From Chloroflexota bacterium (GTDB lineage Bacteria > Chloroflexota > Chloroflexia > QHBQ01 > JADMIH01), in assembly GCA_027317125.1 (NCBI GenBank), contig DAHVFG010000002.1, positions 880 through 64,879 on the forward strand: a stretch of 64,000 nucleotides of DNA, read 5' to 3'. The position numbers were made by a program, and so were the translations under genes. Shown here one piece after another: positions 17,536 to 29,106 of this stretch (its first letter is position 1; every line of letters starts with the position of its first letter). Below the pieces are notes generated by a model, which worked only from the letters and a program-made list of their open reading frames with translations, was not told the origin of the DNA and did not search any database.

Positions 17536-19416
17536 ATGGGCGAGCAGACAACCAGGCGGCTGACGATGGCGCAAGCTGTCGTTGCTTTTCTGAGGAAGCA
17601 GTATGTGGAGCGCGACGGCGTAGAGCAGCCATTCTTCGCGGGCTGTTTCGGCATATTCGGGCATGGCAACATCGCGGGGATAGGGCAGGCGCTCCAACAA
17701 ATGCCGGAGTTCCGCTACTACCAGGCTCGCAACGAGCAGGCAATGGTACACGCCGCCACAGCTTACGCCAAGACGAAGAACAGGCTGCAAACCCTCGCCT
17801 GCACGTCGTCAATCGGCCCTGGCGCTACAAATATGGTCACAGGCGCTGCCACCGCCACTATAAACCGCTTGCCTGTGCTCCTTCTTCCTGGCGATATCTT
17901 TGCGCGGCGCAATGTTGCGCCAGTGCTCCAGCAACTTGAAGCGGACTTCACGCAGGATATATCGGTCAATGACTGCTTCAAGCCTGTGAGCTGCTACTGG
18001 GACCGCGTGGTGCGCCCGGAGCAGATCCTCACCTCCCTTCCAGAAGCCATGCGCGTGCTGACAAGCCCCAGCCAAACCGGGGCTGTGACCCTCGCCTTGC
18101 CCCAGGACGTGCAGGCTGAGGCGTATCCTTATCCCGCTGATTTCTTCAATAAGCGTGTAAGCCGCATCGCCCGCAACCGCCCCGACCGCCAGGCGATAGA
18201 GAGCGCGGCTGAGTGGATACGGCAGAGTAAGCGCCCGCTTCTAGTGGCAGGTGGCGGGGTAATTTACTCCGAGGCCGTCGAGACATTGCGCCGCTTCGTT
18301 GAGCAGACAGGCATTCCGGTTGGCGAGACGATGGCGGGCAAGGGAAGTCTCCTTTACAGCCACCCGCTAAATTTGGGGGCAATTGGCGTTACAGGCACAT
18401 TGGCCGCTAATCGCATCGCCCGTGACGCTGATCTGGTGATAGGCGTTGGCACGCGTTACAGCGACTTCACTACCGCCTCAAAAACTGCCTTCCAGCATCC
18501 TGATGTGCGCTTTATCAACATCAACGTGGCCGAGTTCGACGCGGCAAAGCAACACGCCCTTCCCCTGGTTGGCGATGCTAGAGTGACGCTCGAGGAGCTA
18601 TCCCAGTTGCTGGCGGGCTACAGCGTGGACCCTGACTACAGAGGCGCAGCCGAGCGATTGCACGATGAGTGGGAGCAGGAGGTAGAGCGCGTTTATAGCA
18701 TCCGCAACACTCCTCTCCCCAGCCAGGGCGAGCTTGTCGGGGCGGTGAACGAATTAAGTGGCGATAGAGCGATCATGGTCTGTGCAGCGGGCAGCTTGCC
18801 TGGCGACCTGCACAAGCTGTGGCGGGCGCGCAACCCCAAGAACTACCATCTCGAATATGGGTATAGCTGCATGGGTTACGAGATAGCGGGCGGCCTGGGA
18901 GTAAAGATGGCCGCGCCCGATAAAGATGTGTACGTGATGGTTGGCGACGGCTCTTACCTGATGATGAACAGCGAGATTGTCACCTCGATACAGGAAGGTT
19001 GCAAGCTGATTATCGTGCTGCTCGACAACCAGGGTTATAAGAGCATCGGCTCACTCAGCAGGTCGTTAGGGCAGGATGGCTTCGGCACCCGTTACGTCTA
19101 CCCGCAGAACGGCGTCTGGCCTACAGACACAGCGGGAGCGGAGGCTCAGACTTTGCCGGTGAATCTCGCTGAAAATGCCCGCAGCCTCGGCGCTCACGTG
19201 ATTGAGTGCGAAAGCTACGAAGACTTTACTTCCGCGATCGAGGCGGCACAAAAGAGCGACCGTACAACCGTGATATACATACAGAACGACCGCTACGTGG
19301 GCGTGCCAGGCTACGAAAGCTGGTGGGATGTGCCGGTAGCCGAGGTCAGCGAGATGCCTGCGGTGCAGGCTGCCCGCCGTGAGTGGGAAGTGATGAGAGC
19401 AAAGGAGGCAATATGA
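17536..19416 (+). CDS. iolD: 3D-(3,5/4)-trihydroxycyclohexane-1,2-dione acylhydrolase (ThDP-dependent)
   Basis: ~626 aa. N-terminus [21 protein letters not shown] resembles B. subtilis IolD. ThDP motif [11 protein letters not shown]. Start at 17536 with GGAG upstream. Confidence 0.85.
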   Translation: MGEQTTRRLTMAQAVVAFLRKQYVERDGVEQPFFAGCFGIFGHGNIAGIGQALQQMPEFRYYQARNEQAMVHAATAYAKTKNRLQTLACTSSIGPGATNMVTGAATATINRLPVLLLPGDIFARRNVAPVLQQLEADFTQDISVNDCFKPVSCYWDRVVRPEQILTSLPEAMRVLTSPSQTGAVTLALPQDVQAEAYPYPADFFNKRVSRIARNRPDRQAIESAAEWIRQSKRPLLVAGGGVIYSEAVETLRRFVEQTGIPVGETMAGKGSLLYSHPLNLGAIGVTGTLAANRIARDADLVIGVGTRYSDFTTASKTAFQHPDVRFININVAEFDAAKQHALPLVGDARVTLEELSQLLAGYSVDPDYRGAAERLHDEWEQEVERVYSIRNTPLPSQGELVGAVNELSGDRAIMVCAAGSLPGDLHKLWRARNPKNYHLEYGYSCMGYEIAGGLGVKMAAPDKDVYVMVGDGSYLMMNSEIVTSIQEGCKLIIVLLDNQGYKSIGSLSRSLGQDGFGTRYVYPQNGVWPTDTAGAEAQTLPVNLAENARSLGAHVIECESYEDFTSAIEAAQKSDRTTVIYIQNDRYVGVPGYESWWDVPVAEVSEMPAVQAARREWEVMRAKEAI

Positions 19417-20891
19417 TCCAGGATGGGCAACTGCTGAACTACATCGGAGGCGAATGGAGGCGCTCGCGTGCAGTCGAGTTTCTCGAAGTGATTAATCCGG
19501 CCACCGCCGAGAGTATTGTGCGCGTGCCCCTCACTCCAGGTGACGAAGTGGACGAGGCTGTCAAGCTGGCGCAAGGAGCCTTCGGCGACTGGCGGCGAAC
19601 CCCGCCCACCGAGCGCATCCAGTATCTCTTCAAGCTCAAGGGCTTGCTTGAGAGCCACTTTGATGAGATAGCACGCCTCACCACCCAGGAGTGCGGCAAG
19701 ACACTGGGTGAGTCTCAGGGCGAGTTGCAGCGCGGCATCGAGAATGTGGAGGTAGCCACAGGCATACCCTCCATGATGCAAGGCTACAACGCGGAGGATA
19801 TAGCCCGCGGCATAGACGAGCAGATGATACGCCAGCCGGTGGGCGTGGTGGCAGCTATTACTCCCTTCAATTTTCCGGCGATGATCCCCCTCTGGTTTCT
19901 CCCTTACGCCATAGCTTGCGGCAACTGCTTCATCCTGAAACCATCTGAGAAGGTGCCGATGACGATGAGCAAAGTCTTCGAGCTGATTGACCTGCTCGGC
20001 CTGCCGCCCGGCGTGATCAGCCTGGTGAATGGCGCGAAAGAGACGGTTGACGCCTTTCTCGATCACCCGGCGGTGCGGGCGATTTCCTTCGTGGGGTCGT
20101 CGCAGGTGGCAAAATACGTCTACGGCAGAGCAGCAAGCAACGGCAAGCGCGCACAGTGCCAGGGTGGGGCTAAGAACCCTGTCATTGTGCTGCCTGACGC
20201 GGATATGGAGATGGCTACTCGCATCATCGCCGACTCCTCTTTCGGCTGCGCCGGGCAGCGCTGCCTCGCCTCATCAGTGGCAATCACAGTGGGCGAAGCG
20301 CACAACAGCTTCAGGGATCATATTGTCGAGGCGGCAACCGCCCGCAAAGTGGGCTATGGCCTCGACCCTGGCACAGAAATGGGGCCGGTGATCAGCGCAC
20401 AGAGTAAGCAGCGTATCGAATGGTTGATCAGCCAGGGCGTGAGCAAGGGCGCTTCACTACTGGTTGACGGGCGCGAGCCACGCATATCAGGCTACGAGCA
20501 GGGTTATTTTGTCCGCCCGACCATCCTGGATAACGTGGACCCGCGCAGCGATATAGCGAATACCGAGATATTCGGGCCGGTGCTCAGCCTGATACACGTC
20601 GAGACGATTGATGAGGCGATTAGCCTGGTGAATACGTCGGCCTACGGCAATATGGCATGTCTCTTCACCAGCAGCGGAGCGGCGGCACGCAAGTTCCGCT
20701 ACGAGGCACAAGCAGGTAATATCGGCATCAATGTGGGTGTGGCCGCGCCTATGGCCTTCTTCCCCTTCTCCGGCTGGAAGGAGAGCTTTTTCGGCGACAT
20801 GCACGCGCAGGGCCGAGACGCCGTTGAGTTCTACACTCAGAAGAAAGTGGTAGTCGAGCGCTGGCCCAAAGAGTGGTCGCGCACGTTTTAG
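19413..20891 (+). CDS. iolA: CoA-acylating methylmalonate/malonate-semialdehyde dehydrogenase
   Basis: Aldehyde dehydrogenase family ([10 protein letters not shown] catalytic Cys, EIFGPV). ATGA overlap with the iolD stop. AGGAGG RBS. Confidence 0.85.
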   Translation: MIQDGQLLNYIGGEWRRSRAVEFLEVINPATAESIVRVPLTPGDEVDEAVKLAQGAFGDWRRTPPTERIQYLFKLKGLLESHFDEIARLTTQECGKTLGESQGELQRGIENVEVATGIPSMMQGYNAEDIARGIDEQMIRQPVGVVAAITPFNFPAMIPLWFLPYAIACGNCFILKPSEKVPMTMSKVFELIDLLGLPPGVISLVNGAKETVDAFLDHPAVRAISFVGSSQVAKYVYGRAASNGKRAQCQGGAKNPVIVLPDADMEMATRIIADSSFGCAGQRCLASSVAITVGEAHNSFRDHIVEAATARKVGYGLDPGTEMGPVISAQSKQRIEWLISQGVSKGASLLVDGREPRISGYEQGYFVRPTILDNVDPRSDIANTEIFGPVLSLIHVETIDEAISLVNTSAYGNMACLFTSSGAAARKFRYEAQAGNIGINVGVAAPMAFFPFSGWKESFFGDMHAQGRDAVEFYTQKKVVVERWPKEWSRTF

Positions 20892-20951
20892 CGATCAGTG
20901 GTCGGTGGTCGGTTTCTGGGCACTGACTGCTGACCGCAAGAAAGGGACATT

Positions 20952-21899
20952 ATGAACAACATTCGCGTTGCCAATGCGCCATGTTCGTGGGGCGCGCTTG
21001 AGTTTGAGGATATGGAGGGCGAGCAAATCGCCTACCCACAGATGCTCGACGAACTGCGCGACACGGGCTACACAGGCACCGAGCTTGGCGACTGGGGTTT
21101 CATGCCGACCGAGCCTGAGCTTCTGGCGCAGGAGCTAGACAAGCGCGACCTGGCAATGGTTGCGGCTTTCGTGCCCATAGCCTTCAAGTATCCCGAAGCT
21201 CAAGCACCGGGAGAGGTCGAAGCGCTCAAGGTGGCTCGCTTGCTAGCCTCGGTAGCGGAGAAGGGTGAGAGGGCGCGACCCCCTTTCCTCGTGCTGGCTG
21301 ATGACAATGGCGCCGACCCGTTGCGCACAAAGTTCGCGGGCCGCATCACCCCTGAAATGGGCCTGAGCCTTTCTGAGTGGGCGACATTTACGCAAGGGGC
21401 CGAGAGGGTCGCCCGCGCTGTGCGCGACGAGACCGGCCTGCTCACGGTTTTTCACCCACACTCTGCCGGGTATATAGAAACGCCCGGCGAAATCGCCCGC
21501 TTCCTCGAGATGACAGATTCCGATCTGATAGGTCTCGCCTTTGACACAGGGCATTATCTATACGGCACAGGGACCAACGACGGCGAGCGGGTGTTACAGG
21601 CGCTGGACCGCTTCGGCGCTCGGATACGGCATATGCACTTCAAGGATTGCCAGCCGGAGGTCGCCGGTCGCGCCCGCACCGATGGTTGGGACTATTTCAC
21701 GGCGGTGCGACATGGCCTCTTCTGCGAGTTGGGGCGGGGCGTCGTGCCATTCAAGGAGGTAGCTGCCTGGTTGGAAGCGCACAATTATCATGGCTGGATC
21801 GTCGTTGAGCAGGACGTACTGCCTGGCATGGGCAATCCCAAAGTCAGCGCACAGCGCAATCGCGACTACCTGCGGGCCGTCTCCCGCTTCGCGGGCTGA
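20952..21899 (+). CDS. iolE: myo-Inosose-2 dehydratase (xylose isomerase-like TIM barrel)
   Basis: 315 aa with N-terminus VANAPCSWG and a TIM-barrel fold. Lies within the iol operon. Confidence 0.75.
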   Translation: MNNIRVANAPCSWGALEFEDMEGEQIAYPQMLDELRDTGYTGTELGDWGFMPTEPELLAQELDKRDLAMVAAFVPIAFKYPEAQAPGEVEALKVARLLASVAEKGERARPPFLVLADDNGADPLRTKFAGRITPEMGLSLSEWATFTQGAERVARAVRDETGLLTVFHPHSAGYIETPGEIARFLEMTDSDLIGLAFDTGHYLYGTGTNDGERVLQALDRFGARIRHMHFKDCQPEVAGRARTDGWDYFTAVRHGLFCELGRGVVPFKEVAAWLEAHNYHGWIVVEQDVLPGMGNPKVSAQRNRDYLRAVSRFAG

Positions 21900-21911
21900 G
21901 GAGCATAAAGA

Positions 21912-22949
21912 GTGGCGGAGCTCAGATTGAGCAAAGGCAAGATTGCCTCTCTTGATGCCTGTGCGGACGAGCGTGGGGTAATTACTGCTCTGGCGGTGGA
22001 CCACCGCACACCATTGCTCAAGGCGATTGCTGAAGCTCGTGGCCCTGAGGGGCAGACCACCGCCGAGGAGATGACTATCTTCAAGTCTGCGGTTACTCGT
22101 CTGCTCACACCCTACGCCAGCGCTATCTTGCTTGACCCTGAATACTCCCTTGAGGTGATAGGCCAGCGTGCTCCCGGAGCAGGCGTGCTCCTCGCTTATG
22201 AGAAAACAGGCTACGACCCTCAGGCGGGAGGCCGTCTGCCCGACCTCCTCCCTGAGTGGAGCGTTCGGCGACTGGCCGAGCGCGGTGCGAGCGGCGTGAA
22301 GATATTGCTCTACTATAATCCCTTCGACGACGCGGGCACAAACACCGTCAAAGAGGCTTTCGTCGAGAGGGTAGGGGCCGAGTGCGCCGCGCTCGATGTG
22401 GCTTTCTTCCTGGAGCCGATAACGTATGACGACAGCCTGGGCGACACCAAAGGAGCTGCATTCGCAAGGAAAAAACCGGACTATGTGACCCGCTCTATTG
22501 AGGAGTTCTCAAGGCCGCGCTACGGGGTAGATGTGCTCAAGGTGGAGGCTCCGGTAGAGATGAAGTTCGTCTCAGGCACAAGCTCTTTCGCAGGCGAGGC
22601 CGCTTACACACGCAGCGATGCTCTGGGCTTCTTCCGAGCCGCATCAGACGCCTCAAAGAAGCCTATGATTTATCTGAGCGCCGGGGTGAGCGACCAGGTC
22701 TTCCGCGAGATATTGGAGATGGCAGCAGAGGCCGGGGCTATCTACGCAGGCGTGCTTTGCGGGCGGGCTACCTGGCAAGGGGGCATAGAGGTATACGCAC
22801 GCGAGGGCGCTGAGGCATTGGAGAGATGGTTGCAAGATAAAGGCGCGGCGAACATGCAGGCGCTCAACCAACTCCTCGCCGCGAGCGCAAGGCCCTGGTG
22901 GACAGTGTACGGCGAGCGCGATGACCGTCCAGTCGCCACTGGCCGATGA
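21912..22949 (+). CDS. LacD/tagatose-bisphosphate-aldolase-family class I aldolase, probable DKGP aldolase of the iol pathway
   Basis: N-terminus ...ERGVITALAVDHR resembles LacD (GVISALAFDQRG). Last gene of the iol operon. GTG start with GAGGAG RBS. Confidence 0.65.
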   Translation: MAELRLSKGKIASLDACADERGVITALAVDHRTPLLKAIAEARGPEGQTTAEEMTIFKSAVTRLLTPYASAILLDPEYSLEVIGQRAPGAGVLLAYEKTGYDPQAGGRLPDLLPEWSVRRLAERGASGVKILLYYNPFDDAGTNTVKEAFVERVGAECAALDVAFFLEPITYDDSLGDTKGAAFARKKPDYVTRSIEEFSRPRYGVDVLKVEAPVEMKFVSGTSSFAGEAAYTRSDALGFFRAASDASKKPMIYLSAGVSDQVFREILEMAAEAGAIYAGVLCGRATWQGGIEVYAREGAEALERWLQDKGAANMQALNQLLAASARPWWTVYGERDDRPVATGR

Positions 22950-23207
22950 TCCTCTCCGTCTCCTGGGGGACCATTCTCCTATGCATAAATAACCATGAAG
23001 CCTGTATTGTACTGCGTGCAACTGATGTATGATTGAGGGGCGCCCTTAGCTCGCAACTCGTTCATTAGCGCCGAGCACATGTACAACCACGTGCAGCAAC
23101 CACGTGCAGTGGGCATTCTCCCGTACAGCAGTGTAACCGGCTCGCGTAACAGTTGAAGTAGCTCCCAGTCTATTTCAAGGCTTACTGTCACCCTCAAATT
23201 AGAATAG

Positions 23208-25106
23208 ATGCCGAGACTTTCACTTATCGCAAAGTTTTCCATTTCCAGCCTTTTGCTGTTGGCCGGGATTAGTGTGCTACTTGGGGTGGGTCTAACTCGG
23301 CAGTTTGAGCAGCAAGCAGTTGAGCAGCAAAAGCTGGCGCTGTCATCGCTGTTGCCGCCGGTAGTTGGACCTTACCTGACCCCTGATTTACTGGCAGATG
23401 GCGCTCATGGCCAGGGCTATCAGAGCATAGACCAGGCGCTTTCATACCTGGGCGGCCTCGGATTGGTTCATGCGAAACTGTGGGACAAGCAAGGTAGGAT
23501 CATTTACGCCGATGATGCATCACTGGTGGGCCAGCAGATGCCTCCAGGCCTGGAGCTTGTGCAGGCCCTGGCTGGAACAAGCGCAGCCGAGATCGTGCCA
23601 ACGAACACGTCCGGTAGCGATGAGGACCGGGGTTATGGCGAGCTGCTCAGAGTTTACACGCCTTTGCAATTGCCTGGCACAACCGACGTGGCCGTCGCCT
23701 TTGAGGGTTATTTTGATGCTGCTGACCTTCAGGAGAGGATTGACTACGTCAAGGGCTTTCTCTGGACAGGAGTAACCTTCGGTTTCCTCTTCGTCTATAC
23801 TTCGCTCTTCTTCATCGTCTATAACGCTTCGCGTAAGGTGACGCGCCAGAGCGAGGAGAACGCAGAGCTTTACAAAGAAGCACAGAATCGGCTGGAAGAA
23901 CGCAACAAGGCGGAAAAACAGACTCAGCGCCAGGTGGAGCGGCTCGCCGCGTTGCGCATCATTGACACCACTATCACCTCCAGCCTGGACCTTCGTGTAA
24001 CTCTAAATGTGATCCTCGATCAGGTTTGCACCCAACTCCGCGTGCACGCTGCCAGTATTTTGCTCCTTGACCCGGGCAGCGCGGTCATGACTTTTAGCGG
24101 CGGGCGCGGCTTTCGCTCAAACGCCATAATACAATCCTATGTAAGATGGGGAGAAGGGTTTCCGGGCAGCGCGGTTTCGGAGAGGCGCACCTTCGGCATT
24201 GCCTCCTTTGCTGAGATAGGCGATCCGAGGCGAGTTGCTCAGCTTGCGAATGAGGAGTTTGTCTCCTACTGCGTTGTACCGCTCATCGCCAAAGGCCAGG
24301 TAAAAGGAGTGCTTGAGGTTTTCCACCGTACTCCCCTGGAAGTTAACCAGGAATGGGTTGGCTTTTTGGAAGCTCTTGCCGGGCAAACGGCCATCGCTGT
24401 GGACAATGCTACCTTGTTCAATGACCTACAGCAATCGAACTTGAACCTGGCCCTCGCTTATGACATGACCCTTGAAGGGTGGTCTCGTGCGTTGGACCTG
24501 AGGGACAAAGAAACCGAAGGGCACACCCAGCGCGTGACCGAGATGACCGTCAAGCTGGGGCGATTCATCGGTGTAAGCGATGCCGAGCTACTACAGATGC
24601 GCAGGGGCGCGCTTCTACACGACATCGGCAAGATGGGCATTCCGGACTCTATCCTCTTGAAACCGGGGCCACTCACCGATGCTGAATGGGAGATTATGAG
24701 ATGTCACCCGGTGTACGCCTTTGAGTTGTTGTCGCCTATTCCTTACCTTAAAGGCGCCCTGGACATTCCCTATTGCCACCACGAGAAATGGGACGGAAGT
24801 GGTTATCCCAACAAGTTGAAAGGCGAGCAAATACCTTTCCCCGCCCGTATCTTCGCCATAGTAGACGTATGGGACGCGCTAAGCTCAGACAGACCTTACC
24901 GCAAGGCTCTACCAAGAGACCAGGTATATGCGCACCTCGCTGCGCAGTCAGGTCACCACTTTGATCCTCGCATTGTGCAGGCATTTTTCAAGATGGAGAT
25001 ACCCACGTTTTCTCAGTTATGCCCTCAGCACAGCCCGCTTACAAACTCCGGCCCTTTGTTGGCCCGCGACCTAACCGGCACTCTATCCCTGAGAGTGCCT
25101 CAGTAG
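23208..25106 (+). CDS. Membrane sensor - GAF - HD-GYP domain protein (c-di-GMP phosphodiesterase type)
   Basis: Two TM segments flank a periplasmic-type region, then a coiled coil. LHDIGKMGIP and HHEKWDGSGYP motifs. Confidence 0.85.
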   Translation: MPRLSLIAKFSISSLLLLAGISVLLGVGLTRQFEQQAVEQQKLALSSLLPPVVGPYLTPDLLADGAHGQGYQSIDQALSYLGGLGLVHAKLWDKQGRIIYADDASLVGQQMPPGLELVQALAGTSAAEIVPTNTSGSDEDRGYGELLRVYTPLQLPGTTDVAVAFEGYFDAADLQERIDYVKGFLWTGVTFGFLFVYTSLFFIVYNASRKVTRQSEENAELYKEAQNRLEERNKAEKQTQRQVERLAALRIIDTTITSSLDLRVTLNVILDQVCTQLRVHAASILLLDPGSAVMTFSGGRGFRSNAIIQSYVRWGEGFPGSAVSERRTFGIASFAEIGDPRRVAQLANEEFVSYCVVPLIAKGQVKGVLEVFHRTPLEVNQEWVGFLEALAGQTAIAVDNATLFNDLQQSNLNLALAYDMTLEGWSRALDLRDKETEGHTQRVTEMTVKLGRFIGVSDAELLQMRRGALLHDIGKMGIPDSILLKPGPLTDAEWEIMRCHPVYAFELLSPIPYLKGALDIPYCHHEKWDGSGYPNKLKGEQIPFPARIFAIVDVWDALSSDRPYRKALPRDQVYAHLAAQSGHHFDPRIVQAFFKMEIPTFSQLCPQHSPLTNSGPLLARDLTGTLSLRVPQ

Positions 25107-25138
25107 AAAGCCGCCCGCACCCTTTTACTCGCCGTCAG

Positions 25139-25168
25139 TTGCACGATACTCCCTTTATCGTATATAAT
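25139..25168 (+). promoter_or_regulatory. Sigma-70-type promoter upstream of the sulfurtransferase gene
   Basis: TTGCAC (25139-25144), 18-bp spacer, TATAAT (25163-25168). Confidence 0.55.
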
Positions 25169-25291
25169 GGTTCACACATAAACTAGGCGCAATGACTACA
25201 CGTGGCTACATGGGACGCTCGCCTTCGCATGGATGCGGGCACAAGCTTGCATAACTTTAGCAAGATGAAGTGTTACAAGGAGCAAACAGCA

Positions 25292-26254
25292 ATGGGAACA
25301 GCGAGCAACGTTGGACAAAGCAGTAGCCAGGCGGGCTACGCGCACCCCGAAGTGCTTGTGAGCACAGAATGGGTAGAGCAGCACCTGAACGACCGGAACA
25401 TCCGCATAATAGAGGCCGATGAGGATGTGTTGCTCTACGAGCAGGGGCATATCCCAGGTGCGGTAAAGCTGGACTGGCATACAGACTTGCAGGATGATCT
25501 GAGAAGAGACTATCTGGATAAAGCGGCCTTTGAGAAGCTCTGCGAGGCGCGGGGGATAAACAATGACACCACCGTCATCTTTTATGGCGATAAGAACAAC
25601 TGGTGGGCGACTTACGCCTTCTGGGTCTTTCAGCTATTCGGTCACACCAACGCCAGGGTTATGGACGGAGGCAGGCAGAAGTGGGTCGCCGAGCAGCTCC
25701 CCCTCACCAAAGATGTGCCTTCTTTCTCAGGGGGTAATTACAACTACACAGCACAGGAGCGCCGGGATGAGGGAATAAGGGCGTTCAGAGACGATGTGCT
25801 TGATATGCTCGATCCAGGCGAAGGGGTAGATGCGAGCAAAAACCGACGCAAGAGTCAAGCCAAGAAGCTCAAAGAAGGCGTAGCTCTGGTGGATGTACGC
25901 TCCGGCCCGGAGTACACGGGTGAGATGGTGCACATGGTCAACTACCCGCAGGAGGGAGCGCAACGAGGAGGACATATCCCAGGAGCGCGCAACATACCCT
26001 GGTCTCAGGCAGCGAAAGAAGATGGGACATTCAAAGGTGTAGAAGAGTTACGCAACATCTACGGCGGCGAAGGGATAGTAGTAGATAAAGACGTGGTTAC
26101 CTACTGCCGCATCGGAGAGCGCTCTTCCCACACGTGGTTCGTGCTGAAGTATCTCCTGGGCTACCCGCGCGTACGCAACTACGACGGCTCCTGGACGGAG
26201 TGGGGAAACCTGGTTGATGCGCCTATCGAGAAGGGCGCTGCTCCTCCCAGGTAG
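25292..26254 (+). CDS. Thiosulfate/3-mercaptopyruvate sulfurtransferase (tandem rhodanese)
   Basis: Active-site loop [12 protein letters not shown], then [10 protein letters not shown]. Start at 25292 with AAGGAG 9 nt upstream; the ORF is open from 25202. Confidence 0.85.
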   Translation: MGTASNVGQSSSQAGYAHPEVLVSTEWVEQHLNDRNIRIIEADEDVLLYEQGHIPGAVKLDWHTDLQDDLRRDYLDKAAFEKLCEARGINNDTTVIFYGDKNNWWATYAFWVFQLFGHTNARVMDGGRQKWVAEQLPLTKDVPSFSGGNYNYTAQERRDEGIRAFRDDVLDMLDPGEGVDASKNRRKSQAKKLKEGVALVDVRSGPEYTGEMVHMVNYPQEGAQRGGHIPGARNIPWSQAAKEDGTFKGVEELRNIYGGEGIVVDKDVVTYCRIGERSSHTWFVLKYLLGYPRVRNYDGSWTEWGNLVDAPIEKGAAPPR

Positions 26255-26319
26255 CTCTCTTGTAACAGAAGGCACTCTCCCCTGACTACTTTTTACGGCT
26301 GAAGGGGCAACGACAGAGG

Positions 26320-26370
26320 CCAGAACAAACAAATAATCCCGCATCAGGCGGGATTATTTGTTTGTTCTGG
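26320..26370 (+). terminator. Perfect 23-bp-stem hairpin downstream of the sulfurtransferase gene
   Basis: ccagaacaaacaaataatcccgc / gcgggattatttgtttgttctgg with a 5-nt loop. The U-rich stretch is inside the 3' arm rather than after it. Confidence 0.6.
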
Positions 26371-26554
26371 CGAAGATAGATCCCTCTCTTGATGGTGTAC
26401 TCAAAGCTACTTCTGCAAGCGGGTAAAGCCCTGGGTTGGATGCCGAGCTAGACATCGTGCAGGGCGGCAATGCGTGGCATGTCTTATGCGAGTAGAAGGA
26501 TGGTCCTGGCTCTTGGACTGAAAGCGGCTATTCGTTTATGATGTGGAGTATACT

Positions 26555-27073
26555 ATGGCATTCACACTGAAAAGCTCGGTAATCTCGGACGGTGGCGCTA
26601 TAGCGCCACTTTATACATGCGATGGCCGCAATATATCACCGCCTCTGAACTGGGAAGACCCGCCTGCTGGCACAGCGGAGTTTGCTTTGCTTGTTGAGGA
26701 CCCCGACGCCCCTCACGGCGTCTTTACACATTGGGTGCTCTACGGATTGCTGCCGGAGGCAAACTCTCTTCCTGAGAATGTAATGCCAGGTGCTGATGGG
26801 CCGAATGGCAGCAAGCAGGGCAAGAACAGCGGGCAGCAGGTAGGTTATACAGGTCCATGCCCTCCTGGAGGCACCCACCGCTACGTCTTCAACCTCTACG
26901 CTCTTGATAGCGCCTTGGGCCTCACGGCGGGTGTTACCAAGACAGAGCTTTACGAGGCGATGGGCGGGCACATCATCGCGGAAGTCCAACTTGAGTGTAC
27001 ATACCGGAAGCGCCAGCCTGCTATCGAGGCCAAAGGTTCGGCAAAAGGGAACGACGGGGCCGGCGATCTGTAA
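26555..27073 (+). CDS. YbhB/YbcL family Raf-kinase-inhibitor-like protein (PEBP)
   Basis: VEDPDAPHGVFTHWVLY and GYTGPCPPGGTHRYVFNLYALD motifs. ATG 26555 with GGAG upstream. Confidence 0.85.
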   Translation: MAFTLKSSVISDGGAIAPLYTCDGRNISPPLNWEDPPAGTAEFALLVEDPDAPHGVFTHWVLYGLLPEANSLPENVMPGADGPNGSKQGKNSGQQVGYTGPCPPGGTHRYVFNLYALDSALGLTAGVTKTELYEAMGGHIIAEVQLECTYRKRQPAIEAKGSAKGNDGAGDL

Positions 27074-27152
27074 GTTGTTTACTTTATCTGGAGACTAGAC
27101 GCTTGTAGGTGTGGTTCTTATATACCACCTCTTACATGCTTGAGGAGATACA

Positions 27153-28409
27153 ATGCAACATTCCAGACGGTGGCTCGGTACAGTCGTGCTGCTTTTTTTG
27201 GCGCTGATAGCAGGCTTTGTGGCCGGTGTCGGTTTTGACCGCTTTGCTGCCAATCCAGCTTCCATCCCTCTTTCCTCCAGCGGCCAGCCTGGCAGCCTCG
27301 ACTACAATCTGATAAACCAGGCTTTGCGCACAGTTGACCGGCAGTACGTAGACCGCCCCGCCATAGTGTCAAAAACGCTCACATACGGGGCTATCAGCGG
27401 CATGGTAGATTCGCTCGGAGACACCGGGCACAGCCGCTTTCTTACTCCTGCTGACGTGCGCGAAGAGAGCAGTATGACAACGGGCGCGTTCGAAGGAATA
27501 GGAGCGGAGGTAGTGCAGAAGGATGGGCGGGTGGTGGTGGTGACCCCGCTTGACGGAAGCCCCGCGCAAAAAGCCGGTATAAAGCCTGGCGATGTAATGC
27601 TGCAAGTTAACGGCAAAAGCGTAGAGGGGCAAACGCTACAGGAAGTGGTCAGCCAGGTCTTAGGGCCAGCCGGCACTACGGTGCGTATCACAATATTGAC
27701 GCCAAAGACTAACCAGACGCGGGAGGTAACACTGGTTCGCGCCCGCATTACCTTGCGTAACGTCACCTGGCAGACGCTGCCAGGCACCGCTCTTGCTCAC
27801 ATTCGCATCGCCGAGTTCAGCAATGGCGTGAGCCGCGACCTTGCGCAGGCCATTCAGCAGGCACAGGCGCAGCAAGTAACAGGAATAGTGCTTGACCTGC
27901 GCAACGACCCGGGCGGCTTGCTCAACGAGGCTGTTGCAACAGCCAGCGACTTTATCACACGCGGCAACGTGCTGCTGGAGAAGGACGCCCAGGGGAAGGT
28001 GACGCCTGTGAAGGTTGAGCCGTCATCGGTCAGCGTGAGCCTGCCGATGGTGGTGCTGATCAATGAGGGAACCGCCAGCGCTTCCGAGATCGTAGCGGGG
28101 GCTATACAGGATGCAAAGCGTGCCCTACTTGTTGGCGCTACCACCTTCGGCACAGGCACAGTGCTCAACGAGTTTCCTCTCTCGGACGGCTCGGCTCTCT
28201 TGCTGGCGACAGAGGAATGGCTCACGCCGAGCGGCAGGGTTATCTGGCACCAGGGCATTGTTCCTGACCAGGCGGTTGCTCTGCCGCTGGACGCTAGTGT
28301 GCTCGTGCCCGAAGCCGAACAGCAATTAACATCCGGTCAACTGCAAACCAGCGGTGATACTCAACTTCTACGAGCTATTAGCATATTGAGTGGGCAACCG
28401 CAGAAGTAG
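27153..28409 (+). CDS. S41 family C-terminal processing peptidase (PDZ-containing)
   Basis: N-terminal TM, PDZ (GIKPGDVMLQVNG), LDLRNDPGGLL and VLINEGTASASEIVAGA motifs. Confidence 0.9.
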   Translation: MQHSRRWLGTVVLLFLALIAGFVAGVGFDRFAANPASIPLSSSGQPGSLDYNLINQALRTVDRQYVDRPAIVSKTLTYGAISGMVDSLGDTGHSRFLTPADVREESSMTTGAFEGIGAEVVQKDGRVVVVTPLDGSPAQKAGIKPGDVMLQVNGKSVEGQTLQEVVSQVLGPAGTTVRITILTPKTNQTREVTLVRARITLRNVTWQTLPGTALAHIRIAEFSNGVSRDLAQAIQQAQAQQVTGIVLDLRNDPGGLLNEAVATASDFITRGNVLLEKDAQGKVTPVKVEPSSVSVSLPMVVLINEGTASASEIVAGAIQDAKRALLVGATTFGTGTVLNEFPLSDGSALLLATEEWLTPSGRVIWHQGIVPDQAVALPLDASVLVPEAEQQLTSGQLQTSGDTQLLRAISILSGQPQK

Positions 28410-28466
28410 TTGGCGGCCGGTAGTCGGCACGGATAGGCGCAACGTAACCCAGCCACCGGCTACCCG

Positions 28467-28769
28467 CTACTTACCCTTGCTCGCCTCATTAGGCCCATGC
28501 CCTGCTTTACCCTCAGGCCCTGTCTCGTGTTGAAGCCTGCGGCTCAGGTGATTTTTCAACTCTTCGGCCTTTTGCATATCCTGCGCCTTGAAGCGCCGCC
28601 ACATCTCCTGCGCATCACTGTCCTTGTCTTGCTCTACATACTGATCATAGCGCCACAGGGCATCAACAATGTTGTGAAGAGCCTGTATCATGTTGTATGT
28701 GGCATCTGTCAGGGGTGTGTCGTGCGAGCCTTGAGCGCTGCCTACAGTACTTTTATTCTGGCTGTTCAT
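28467..28769 (-). CDS. Hypothetical small helical protein
   Basis: 100-aa ORF with a charged helical composition. No family recognised. Confidence 0.45.
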   Translation of the reverse strand: MNSQNKSTVGSAQGSHDTPLTDATYNMIQALHNIVDALWRYDQYVEQDKDSDAQEMWRRFKAQDMQKAEELKNHLSRRLQHETGPEGKAGHGPNEASKGK

Positions 28770-29106
28770 AAGAAGGGTCTCCTCTGGATTTTGTTACGGG
28801 CCAACTTGCTCCGGTGCGGCTGTTGTTTGAGCAACTCCCATGCCAGCCGCCGCTGCGTCCAGCGTGGGATCTCACTCTCAGGGGCTGGAAGGAGGGCCCG
28901 CTTGCGGCACTTATCTTGCAGTTTGCCATAATGGCGTGGTGCCCATGCCCAGTTGTCCTTTCTAGCCTTTCTGCCGTGCCTGCCGCTTACTTTGAACGAG
29001 GGCATATCCGTGCGGCAATGTACCGCCCACAAAAGAGTTGCGCGCGTTGCTCCCAGACGCTCTCCGTTCTTGCTCCATCTATCCGAATACAGGAGCCTTA
29101 TCTTAG

